Positions 35,932 through 45,816 of a stretch of DNA of 64,000 nt are shown here, one piece after another. Source of the DNA: Clostridia bacterium (GTDB taxonomy: Bacteria > Bacillota > Clostridia > Oscillospirales > Acutalibacteraceae); NCBI GenBank assembly GCA_017522205.1, contig JAFWZS010000079.1, positions 5,928-69,927 of the forward strand, in the 5' to 3' direction. Made by a program: the position numbers and the translations under genes. The notes under the pieces are model-generated. The model did not search any database. It saw nothing but the letters and a program-made list of their open reading frames with translations, and was not told the DNA's origin. Each line of letters opens with the position of its first letter. Within the stretch, counting starts at the first letter, position 1.

Positions 35932-36348
35932 ATGACCTGTTGTTTTATAGGACACAAAGAACGGGACATAAACGTTTTCACCAGTCTACTGTTTACAATA
36001 AGTAAATTAATTGAAGTCGACTGTGTGGATAATTTTTATATGGGAAACAACGGTTGGTTCGACCGTACGTGTTTTAACATTGTGCGTTCATTACGCAAAT
36101 ATAATCCCCACATAAAATATAATGTTGTCTTAGCTTATTATCCTGATGGCATTGTCGGATATGAAGACAACACTATTTATCCTGAAGGGCTCGAGCTTGT
36201 ACCGAAAAGATTTGCAATAAAAAAACGTAACGAATGGATGATTGATCACAGTGATTATGTGGTTTGCCACGTTACACACAACTTTTCAAATGCACATAAA
36301 TTCAGAGAATATGCAAAAAGAAAAAATAAAATAATTATAGATATATGA
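35932..36348 (+). CDS. SLOG/DUF1273 (YpsA-like) family protein
   Basis: N-terminal CCFIGHK, GNNGWFD and RNEWMIDHSDYVV blocks resemble the DUF1273 pattern (GHR, GGxxGxD, RNxWMVDxSD). Confidence 0.5.
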   Translation: MTCCFIGHKERDINVFTSLLFTISKLIEVDCVDNFYMGNNGWFDRTCFNIVRSLRKYNPHIKYNVVLAYYPDGIVGYEDNTIYPEGLELVPKRFAIKKRNEWMIDHSDYVVCHVTHNFSNAHKFREYAKRKNKIIIDI

Positions 36349-36350
36349 TG

Positions 36351-36386
36351 AAATCAGCCGGAAAAGCTCCGACTGATTTTTTTATC
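36351..36386 (+). terminator. intrinsic terminator
   Basis: aaatcagccgg ... ccgactgattt followed by a T-run. Confidence 0.6.
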
Positions 36387-37011
36387 TCACTTTATTTTTA
36401 CAGTAATCTCTCATTGAACAAATTTCACATTTTGGCCGCCTTGCTATACACACTGCTCTGCCGTGAAGAACGCATCTGTGACAAAAATCGTTGCTCTCCT
36501 CCGGTGGCAGTATTTTTTTAAGCTCCAGCTCAACCTTTTTCGGGTCTTTTGTCTCAACAAGACCTAAAAGATTTGTTATTCTGATAAGATGAGTATCTGC
36601 AACAACGGCAGGCTTTTTGTAGACATCGCCTACAATGAGATTTGCAGTTTTTCTTCCAACACCGGGAAGTTTTGTCAGCTCCTCAACCGTGTCGGGAAGC
36701 ACGCCGCCGTACTCATCACGAAGCATAATACACATATTTTTAATATCCCTTGCCTTAGCTCTGAAAAAGCCGCAGGAATGAACGAGTTCCTCAATTTCCT
36801 CTACCTCTGCATTGCAGAAGCTGTCTATATCGGGAAACCTTTCAAAAAGTGCGGGAGTAACCTTATTTACTCTTTCGTCGGTGCATTGTGCCGACAGACG
36901 CACCGCAATTATAAGCTGCAAAGGGTCGTCATAAACGAGGGAACAAATTGCATCGGGATAATCCTTTTTAAGTGCTTCAACACATCCAATTGCACGCTGT
37001 TTTTTTGTCAT
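36382..37011 (-). CDS. nth: endonuclease III
   Basis: HhH-GPD (LPGVGRKTANLIVGD) and a C-terminal 4-Cys cluster (C..ARRPKCEICSMRDYC). Confidence 0.9.
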   Translation of the reverse strand: MTKKQRAIGCVEALKKDYPDAICSLVYDDPLQLIIAVRLSAQCTDERVNKVTPALFERFPDIDSFCNAEVEEIEELVHSCGFFRAKARDIKNMCIMLRDEYGGVLPDTVEELTKLPGVGRKTANLIVGDVYKKPAVVADTHLIRITNLLGLVETKDPKKVELELKKILPPEESNDFCHRCVLHGRAVCIARRPKCEICSMRDYCKNKVR

Positions 37012-37026
37012 TATTTTTCACCTTTT

Positions 37027-37866
37027 TTAATCTGATTTTTTTAAGTTTCTGCGCCAGTGGAAAAGATACTGCTGAGCGATACCCTCGTTGCCCTTTATAC
37101 ACTTTGGAAGTCCGTCGGGATAAAGCTCTGAAACTATTCTTTTCACCCATACGTCAACGGGAAAAGCCTCTTTTTTTGAAAAGCCGTAAAGCAGAGTGCA
37201 CTCTGCAACCTTCGGACCAACACCTTTGATTTTCATCAGCTCCTCACGGGCTTCTTCAATTGGCATATCATAAATTTTCTGAAGGTCAATCTCTTTATTT
37301 TTAAGCTTTTGTGCCGCATCAAGAATATATTTGTTTCTGAAGCCTGCCTTTAATTGCGCAAGGTCTTCAAGTGTAAGAGTGCTTATTTTTTCATAGGTGG
37401 GAAATGAAAATTCTCCATTTTCGTTTTCTTCTCCGAAGGCTTTACAAAGGCGGTCAATTATGCCGCTTATTCTGGGAATATTGTTGTTCTGAGAAATAAT
37501 GAATGAGCAGAGTGCTTCCCAGGGCTCCTGCTTTAAAATTCTTATGCCGTAGTACATTTCAACGGCTTTTTTTATGTTTTCGTCAGGTGAGATTTTTTCG
37601 CAGATTTCTGCGTAATCAGTCTCCAGGTCAAAATAGGAGAGCCATATATTTTTAAATTCTTCTTCATCTGTGCCGTGAAAGAGATAACCCTCATCAATTT
37701 TTTCAATGAGAGCAGTTTTTCCCTTTACCGTACCTTTGATAAAGCCTTCCTCAGTTTTTGTCCATCTGAAGGCCTGACCGCAGAAAGCCGAAAGCTCAAT
37801 ATCAAGGCATTTTACATCTTTAAGAAGAATACCGTCCTTTGTTTTTTCGTAAAACACTTTTTTCAC
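37027..37866 (-). CDS. ogg: 8-oxoguanine DNA glycosylase / AlkA-family HhH-GPD glycosylase
   Basis: GQAFRW N-domain motif, IKGVGPKVAEC HhH motif and FPVDVWV. Confidence 0.7.
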   Translation of the reverse strand: MKKVFYEKTKDGILLKDVKCLDIELSAFCGQAFRWTKTEEGFIKGTVKGKTALIEKIDEGYLFHGTDEEEFKNIWLSYFDLETDYAEICEKISPDENIKKAVEMYYGIRILKQEPWEALCSFIISQNNNIPRISGIIDRLCKAFGEENENGEFSFPTYEKISTLTLEDLAQLKAGFRNKYILDAAQKLKNKEIDLQKIYDMPIEEAREELMKIKGVGPKVAECTLLYGFSKKEAFPVDVWVKRIVSELYPDGLPKCIKGNEGIAQQYLFHWRRNLKKSD

Positions 37867-37950
37867 CTCATTTTTATTATAACTTATGACGGATTTAAAA
37901 TCAAGAGACGGTAAGTTTTTGACATAATAACCTAATATTGTTTAAAACTC

Positions 37951-37979
37951 TTGACAGCACAAAATTTCTATATTAAAAT
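37951..37979 (+). promoter_or_regulatory. sigma-A promoter candidate of dnaA
   Basis: TTGACA-17 nt-TAAAAT, followed by an AT-rich 100 nt. Confidence 0.5.
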
Positions 37980-38080
37980 AGATTAGTGTAACTATTTATA
38001 TTGTATATTTAAATTTAAAGTTATTATATATATAAATAAATATAAGGCGAAAATAAAGAGAAAATTCAGGAGGTTAAACA

Positions 38081-39385
38081 ATGGATTCATTTGCTGAAAT
38101 CTGGCAGGTTGTTCAGGAAGAACTTAAAAACAGCGTTACTGAAGTTGCTTACAAGGTCTGGCTCAGTCCCCTTGAATTTCAGGGCTTCAAAGACGGAAAA
38201 ATTTATCTTTCAATTACCGAATTCAAACGCAAAATCATAATCGACAAATTTTCATATCTCATTGATTCAACCCTGGAAGCCGTTTTCGGTTTTCCCGTTG
38301 AGGTTGAATATGTTGTTCCCGATGAGCAGGTTAAAAACGAAAATTCAAAAAACGAATCATCCTCGGTGAACGATTACAACTACACATTCAAAAATTTCAT
38401 TATCGGCCCGTCAAACAAATTTGCCCACGCTGCTGCGCACAACGTTGCCTGCAGTCCCGGAATGGTCTATAACCCACTTTTCATTTACGGCCATTCAGGT
38501 CTCGGCAAAACCCATCTTCTTCTTGCAATTCAGAATGAAATCAAGGAAAGACGTCCCGACGCAAAGATAATTTATACAAGCGGTGAGCATTTTACAAACG
38601 AGCTTGTTTACTATATCGGTAACCACAACACCCATGCTTTTCACGACAAATACAGAAGCTGCGATGTGCTTTTAGTTGACGACATTCAGTTCATCGCAAA
38701 GGGTGAAACCGTTCAGGAAGAATTCTTCCACACCTTCAATGCACTTAATAGCAGCGGCAGTCAGATTGTTCTTACCTCAGACCGTCCTCCGAAGGAAATG
38801 ATGACCCTTGAAGAAAGACTCCGCACTCGCTTTGAAATGGGTCTTATTGCTGACATTCAGCCTCCCACTCTTGAAACAAGAATGGCAATTGTAAACAAGA
38901 AGTCAGATGATCTGGGGCTTAATCTTCCCGACGATGTTGTAAAGTTCATTGCTGAAAACATCAAGAAAAATATCAGACAGCTTGAGGGTACTGTAAAAAA
39001 AATCAAGGCTTATCAGGATGTTGAGGGTCTTAACCCCAGTCTGAATGTTGCAAAACGTGCAATCAAGGATATTATCAACGACAATAAGCCCTTGGGTGTT
39101 ACAATCGAAAACATTATTAACGAGGTTTCAAGAACCTTTGACGTTTCTGCCGCAGATATCCGTTCAGACAAGAGAAACGCAAACATTTCTCAGGCAAGAC
39201 AAGTTGCAATTTACATTGTTGAACAGGTTACAGGCCTTCCGCTTAAAACAATCGGCAACGAATTCGGAAACAAGCATCACTCAACAATCATCTATGCACT
39301 TAAGGAAATCAATGCAAAGCTTGAAAAAGATGCAGCACTTAAAGCAACTGTTGACGACATAATTAAGAACATAAACGAAAGCTGA
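38081..39385 (+). CDS. dnaA: chromosomal replication initiator protein DnaA
   Basis: Walker A GHSGLGKTHLL, the LLVDDIQF box and the C-terminal DNA-binding helix (HSTIIYALKEI). Confidence 0.95.
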   Translation: MDSFAEIWQVVQEELKNSVTEVAYKVWLSPLEFQGFKDGKIYLSITEFKRKIIIDKFSYLIDSTLEAVFGFPVEVEYVVPDEQVKNENSKNESSSVNDYNYTFKNFIIGPSNKFAHAAAHNVACSPGMVYNPLFIYGHSGLGKTHLLLAIQNEIKERRPDAKIIYTSGEHFTNELVYYIGNHNTHAFHDKYRSCDVLLVDDIQFIAKGETVQEEFFHTFNALNSSGSQIVLTSDRPPKEMMTLEERLRTRFEMGLIADIQPPTLETRMAIVNKKSDDLGLNLPDDVVKFIAENIKKNIRQLEGTVKKIKAYQDVEGLNPSLNVAKRAIKDIINDNKPLGVTIENIINEVSRTFDVSAADIRSDKRNANISQARQVAIYIVEQVTGLPLKTIGNEFGNKHHSTIIYALKEINAKLEKDAALKATVDDIIKNINES

Positions 39386-39386
39386 G

Positions 39387-39542
39387 TTTTCAACAGAGTT
39401 TTTAGTTTTCAACATAAGGTTTTCCACTCTTTTAACACGGGCAGTTTTATAGGTGTTGAAAACCCGATTTTTTCAACAAAAAGATTAACAATAAAAATGG
39501 CTCTGAATCTACAGGAATAAAGGAATTTTAAAGTTTTCCGCA
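39387..39542. promoter_or_regulatory. cluster of DnaA-box-like 9-mers (oriC, dnaA-dnaN spacer)
   Basis: TTTTCAACA at 39387, 39406 and 39470; TTTTCCACT at 39420; inverted TGTTGAAAA at 39454; TTTTCCGCA at 39534. All are 1-3 mismatches from TTATCCACA. Confidence 0.55.
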
Positions 39543-39552
39543 CATTTCACAG

Positions 39553-39600
39553 CCCCTACTACTACTACTATTAATATTCTTATTTATTTTTGATTTTTTC
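39553..39600. promoter_or_regulatory. GC cluster + DnaA-trio-like repeats + AT-rich unwinding tract
   Basis: cccc, then CTA x5 (39556-39570), then TTA ATA, then tcttatttatttttgatttttt. The complement reads 3'-GAT-5' x5. Confidence 0.55.
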
Positions 39601-39616
39601 GAAAGGAATGATTTTT

Positions 39617-40714
39617 ATGAAAATAATCTGCAACAGTGCAGAGCTTTCAAAAGCAGCCGCAAACGTTCAGAGAACAGTATCAGGCAAATCAACAATTCCC
39701 GCCCTTGAGGGTATTCTTATTGAAGCAGAAAACGGAAAGGTAACCCTTACCGGTTATGACCTTGAAGTAGGTTCAGTTATAGTTATTGATGCAGAGGTTG
39801 AAGAAAGCGGAAAGATTATTCTTGCAGCAAAGAATTTCTGCGACATTTTAAGAATGCTTCCCGATGAAACCGTTCTTCTTCAGTGCGATGAAAGAAATAT
39901 CTGCAAAATCAAAAGCGGTGAAACCGACTATTCACTTATCGGCACAGCAGCAAACGAATATCCTGAGCTTCCTTCACTTACAAAGTTCTCACCTGTTAAG
40001 ATGAATCTTAACCTTCTTAAGGATATGATTAAGAGAACCGTTTTCTCAGTTTCAACCGGTGAAAGAAATCCCGTTCATTCAGGTGTAAAGTTTGAAATTG
40101 AAGAAAATAAAATTGTTCTTGTTGCCGTTGACGGTGCAAGACTTGCAATAAGAAGAGAAACAATTGAAAGAACAGAAGAAGAAATTCTTAATTTTGTTGT
40201 TCCCGCAAAAACTCTCAATGAGGTTCTTAAGCTGAACGCTGACGAAGAAGCAGAAATTGAAATTCTTGTTGGGGACAGACACCTTATTTTCAAAATGGAA
40301 AACTATGAAATTGTTTCAAGACTTCTTGAAGGTAATTTCATTAACTATAAGTCTGCAATTCCTATGACATCTTCAACAAGAGTTGTGGCTGACACAAGAA
40401 GACTTATTGAATGCATCGAAAGAACTTCACTTATTATTACTGACCGTTCAAGCCCCGTTCGTCTTGTTGTTGATGAGGGTATTATGAAGTTTTCATCAGT
40501 AACTGCAATCGGTACTGCAACAGACAAGATGATTGCTGACATTGACGGCAGCAAGATTGAAGTAGGCTTCAATAACCGTTTCCTTATTGATGCTCTTAAG
40601 GCTACAGAGCAGGAAGAAATCAAAATTGAATTTGGTTCATCAAATCAGCCTATTATTGTGAAACCCTTAGAGGGTGAAGCATTCTTCTATCTTGTATTAC
40701 CCGTAAGAATTTAA
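39617..40714 (+). CDS. dnaN: DNA polymerase III beta sliding clamp
   Basis: MKIICNSAELSKAAANVQR... typical DnaN. ATG 39617 follows a GAAAGGA RBS. Confidence 0.95.
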   Translation: MKIICNSAELSKAAANVQRTVSGKSTIPALEGILIEAENGKVTLTGYDLEVGSVIVIDAEVEESGKIILAAKNFCDILRMLPDETVLLQCDERNICKIKSGETDYSLIGTAANEYPELPSLTKFSPVKMNLNLLKDMIKRTVFSVSTGERNPVHSGVKFEIEENKIVLVAVDGARLAIRRETIERTEEEILNFVVPAKTLNEVLKLNADEEAEIEILVGDRHLIFKMENYEIVSRLLEGNFINYKSAIPMTSSTRVVADTRRLIECIERTSLIITDRSSPVRLVVDEGIMKFSSVTAIGTATDKMIADIDGSKIEVGFNNRFLIDALKATEQEEIKIEFGSSNQPIIVKPLEGEAFFYLVLPVRI

Positions 40715-40761
40715 GGTAATATTTTTCATATAGAAAAATCGAAAAGAGTTGTAGAATAGAT

Positions 40762-41019
40762 ATGCAAAGAAAAATTAAGGTAAAAGTTAAAGTTGCCGAA
40801 AAAAATATCCGTGAAGTAAAAATAACAACACCTGACATCCGTCTTGATGCGGCGCTGAAGCTCTCTTCAGCAGTTTCAACCGGCGGCCAGGCTAAAATGG
40901 TTATTCAGGATAACATGGTAAAGGTAAACGGTGACGTATGTACTCTTCGCGGCAAGAAGCTTTCTGACGGCGATGAGTTCAGCTTTGACGGAAAATTCTA
41001 TAAAATTGTAAAAGAGTAA
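40762..41019 (+). CDS. yaaA: S4-domain RNA-binding protein YaaA-like
   Basis: STGGQAKMVIQDNMVKVNGDVCTLRGKKLSDGD S4 motif, in the conserved position between dnaN and recF. Confidence 0.75.
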   Translation: MQRKIKVKVKVAEKNIREVKITTPDIRLDAALKLSSAVSTGGQAKMVIQDNMVKVNGDVCTLRGKKLSDGDEFSFDGKFYKIVKE

Positions 41020-41023
41020 GAGT

Positions 41024-42112
41024 ATGAATGTTACTGAACTTGAAGTAAGAAATTTCCGCAACATAAAAGAGGCACACATTGAACCTCACAGCGGTGTAAA
41101 CGTATTTTTCGGCGAGAATGCTCAGGGAAAAACAAACCTTCTTGAAAGCATCTGGCTTTTTACCGGTTGCCGTTCTTTCAGAAGCTCAAAGGACAGTGAG
41201 CTGATTAATTTTAACAGCACAAAAGCTGAGCTTTCAATGGACTTTGAAGCCTGGAACAGAAAGCAGGAAGCCCACCTTGAAATAGGGGAGGGAAGAAAAT
41301 TTCTTCTTTCCGGTGTAAAGAAAAGCACCACACAGTTTATGGGCGAATTTCTTGCGGTTGTTTTTTCTCCCGTTCATCTTTCTCTTATTAAAGACGGTCC
41401 TTATGAAAGGCGCAGATTCGTTGACACGGCAATAAGTCAGCTGAAACCTAAATATGCGGCATCACTTGCTCAGTATAATAAAGCAATCCAGCAGAGAAAT
41501 GTGCTTTTAAAGGATCTTGTCTATCATTCTGAATTATATGACACTCTGGATGTATGGGAAGACAGAATTGCTTTTTTTGCTTCGGAAATTATCCGTCAGA
41601 GAATAGGCTACATCAACAAGCTTTCCCAGTATACCGATGAAATATACAGAGGACTTTCTTCAGGAAAAGAAAAGCTCAGTATAAGCTATAATCAGCAGAC
41701 TGTTGTTTTTGGTGACAGTAAGCAGGAGCTTTATGAAAATATGAAGGCTCAGCTTTTTGCCTCGAGAAAAAATGATATTATCTGCGGTTACACAACCGTA
41801 GGTCCTCACAGAGACGACATAAATGTTGAAATTGACGGTCTTGCGGCAAAAAGCTTCGGTTCTCAGGGTCAGCAACGCTCTGCCGCCCTTTCAATGAAGC
41901 TGGGTGAAGCCGCAGTTGTAAAGAATTTTTCCGACGAGCAGCCCGTTGCACTTCTGGATGATGTAATGAGCGAGCTTGATAAAGGGAGACAGAATTATAT
42001 TCTCAATCACATAAAGGACTGGCAGGTGTTTATTACCTGCTGCGACCCCTTAGCCGTTGAAGGTCTTAAATCGGGTAAAAAGTTTGAGATGAAAAACGGA
42101 CGCATTTATTAA
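41024..42112 (+). CDS. recF: DNA replication and repair protein RecF
   Basis: Walker A GENAQGKTNLLE, the SQGQQRSAALSMKL signature and LLDDVMSELD. Confidence 0.9.
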   Translation: MNVTELEVRNFRNIKEAHIEPHSGVNVFFGENAQGKTNLLESIWLFTGCRSFRSSKDSELINFNSTKAELSMDFEAWNRKQEAHLEIGEGRKFLLSGVKKSTTQFMGEFLAVVFSPVHLSLIKDGPYERRRFVDTAISQLKPKYAASLAQYNKAIQQRNVLLKDLVYHSELYDTLDVWEDRIAFFASEIIRQRIGYINKLSQYTDEIYRGLSSGKEKLSISYNQQTVVFGDSKQELYENMKAQLFASRKNDIICGYTTVGPHRDDINVEIDGLAAKSFGSQGQQRSAALSMKLGEAAVVKNFSDEQPVALLDDVMSELDKGRQNYILNHIKDWQVFITCCDPLAVEGLKSGKKFEMKNGRIY

Positions 42113-42365
42113 AAGTTGAAAGTTTAAAGATAAAAGTTGAAATAAGGTCGCATCTTTATTTCTCTGCAAACTTAAAACGATATTCTGCGGAATTTATTTG
42201 AGCATTAAAGGTAAAAAAGTAAATTTTAATCGGACGACCGATGGTCGCCCCTACGGCATCAATCTGCTCAGTCGGAATAAATATAAAAAATTTGATACTA
42301 AGTTGAAACGGATATAATCGGAACGAAGTGACCCTTAATTCAACTTTTAACTTTCAACTTTAAAA
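42111..42365 (-). repeat. ORF-less palindromic element, copy D (inverted orientation relative to copy A)
   Basis: Arms 42111-42150 and about 42322-42365. The reverse complement carries gggtcacttcgttccgattatatccg, tttattccg, gccgtaggggcgaccatcggtcgtccgat and tccgcaga in the same order as copy A. Confidence 0.8.
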
Positions 42366-42385
42366 AAATCCGGAGGATTTTTATT

Positions 42386-42640
42386 ATGTATCTACATTTA
42401 GGACAAAGTACGGTCATAACTCACGATGAAATAATAGGAATCTTTGACCTTGACAACACCACAGTTTCAAAAAAGACAAGAGACTATCTTTCAAAAGCAG
42501 AAAAAGAGGGCAGGGTAAACGTTGTTTCTTATGAACTGCCGAAATCCTTTATCGTATGTGGAGAAAAAGGAAATCAGAAGGTTTATCTGTCTCAGATTTC
42601 CACATCAACCCTTTTAAAAAGAACAGAAGAAAACTTCTGA
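42386..42640 (+). CDS. remB: DUF370 / RemB(YaaB)-like protein
   Basis: MYLHLGQSTVITHDEIIGIFDLD..., in the conserved recF-gyrB position. Confidence 0.75.
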   Translation: MYLHLGQSTVITHDEIIGIFDLDNTTVSKKTRDYLSKAEKEGRVNVVSYELPKSFIVCGEKGNQKVYLSQISTSTLLKRTEENF

Positions 42641-42653
42641 TTTAAATTATAAA

Positions 42654-42676
42654 TTATTCATCATTCATTATTCATT
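42654..42676. repeat. isolated ATTCATT-heptamer arm
   Basis: ttattcatcattcattattcatt, the same repeat unit as 10972-11020. Confidence 0.5.
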
Positions 42677-42695
42677 AAAAATGTAGGAGGTATGA

Positions 42696-44702
<2,007 letters not shown>

Positions 44703-44713
44703 GGTGACAGAAA

Positions 44714-45265
44714 ATGACATCTTATTCCATAGTGTTTAAAAAAAGTGACGCAGTAAATGTTCAGGCTATTTCCTTATGGCAGGAAAAATTCGGAATGCTC
44801 AGAACTTCCTTCCGTTTTGCCGTAATTTTCATTTTCAATGTTATTGCCGCTTTGCTTTCCTTTTTCTCAATGTATTTTGAAAAGGATTTTGACCTTATAG
44901 GAACAATACTTTTTGTTATTCTTCAGACAGCAGTATTCACCTTTATGATTGACAGAACGCTGAAGACGAAAATAGTTCCCGAAATGGCAAAAAATGCAGA
45001 TCTGAGAATAAAGGCCTGCTCCGACAAAACAGAGATTACCTTAAGAGAAGAAGACTTTGAGGTAAAGACTCAGTTTAAAAAAAGCAACTACTTTTACAGT
45101 GAAGTAAAAAGATGCTTTGACAGAGGCAATTTCTGTATAATTGTTGTAGATGAATACGCTTATCCCATTGTGATTTCCTATATTTCTCTCGAAGAAGGGG
45201 AAAAAGAGAGCTTTTCGGCTCTTCTTAAGGAAAAACTACAGGAAAAGTATGAAAGTGGGGTATGA
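44714..45265 (+). CDS. YcxB-like two-TM membrane protein (hypothetical)
   Basis: Two adjacent TM helices followed by a small beta-rich domain. Paralogous architecture to the next ORF. Confidence 0.4.
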   Translation: MTSYSIVFKKSDAVNVQAISLWQEKFGMLRTSFRFAVIFIFNVIAALLSFFSMYFEKDFDLIGTILFVILQTAVFTFMIDRTLKTKIVPEMAKNADLRIKACSDKTEITLREEDFEVKTQFKKSNYFYSEVKRCFDRGNFCIIVVDEYAYPIVISYISLEEGEKESFSALLKEKLQEKYESGV

Positions 45266-45789
45266 CGGCAAAAATGAAAAATTTTTCAATTACATTTACT
45301 CTCACAAAAGAGGATTATAAAAAGTTTTACCGCACAATAAACAATGCGCTTATGATGCAGAGACTGAAATATTCCGCAATAGTTCTTTTTATTGCTTTTA
45401 TCTTTACGGTGATGAACCTTTACAGTCTTGCAGTAACCGCCTTCTGTCTTATGTCGATTCTGTTTTTCCTCGGTGACATTATTAACCGTGTGTATATTCT
45501 CAGAATGAACGACAAGTCAAAAATAGGCAGAAGAAAAACCACCGTTGATTTTTACAGCGACCATCTTGAAATTCTCTGTCTTCCCGATGAAAATTTCAAG
45601 GGAAAAAGTGAAAGACATTATCCTCTTTCCACTGTAAAAATGGTGCTTCAGAACAGTGAATATATCTACTTCAAGTTTGAGGATTACACAACTCTCATAA
45701 TGCCCAGAAGAGATATAGAAAATGAAGCAAGTGAAAAAATTAAAAATATGATAGATAACCTTTATCCCGACAGATTCTTAGAAGAATAA
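45262..45789 (+). CDS. YcxB-like two-TM membrane protein (hypothetical)
   Basis: ATGA overlap with the previous ORF and the same architecture. Confidence 0.4.
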   Translation: MTAKMKNFSITFTLTKEDYKKFYRTINNALMMQRLKYSAIVLFIAFIFTVMNLYSLAVTAFCLMSILFFLGDIINRVYILRMNDKSKIGRRKTTVDFYSDHLEILCLPDENFKGKSERHYPLSTVKMVLQNSEYIYFKFEDYTTLIMPRRDIENEASEKIKNMIDNLYPDRFLEE

Positions 45790-45816
45790 TAATTCCGACG
45801 AAAAAATGGTGATATT

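Noticed and set aside
40771-40800. Arm-like sequence aaggtaaaagttaaagttg inside the 5' end of the yaaA-like ORF (encoding KIKVKVKV)
   Set aside because: It is only one short stretch with no inverted partner or core motif nearby, and no alternative start codon downstream. It is probably coincidental Lys/Val codon usage.
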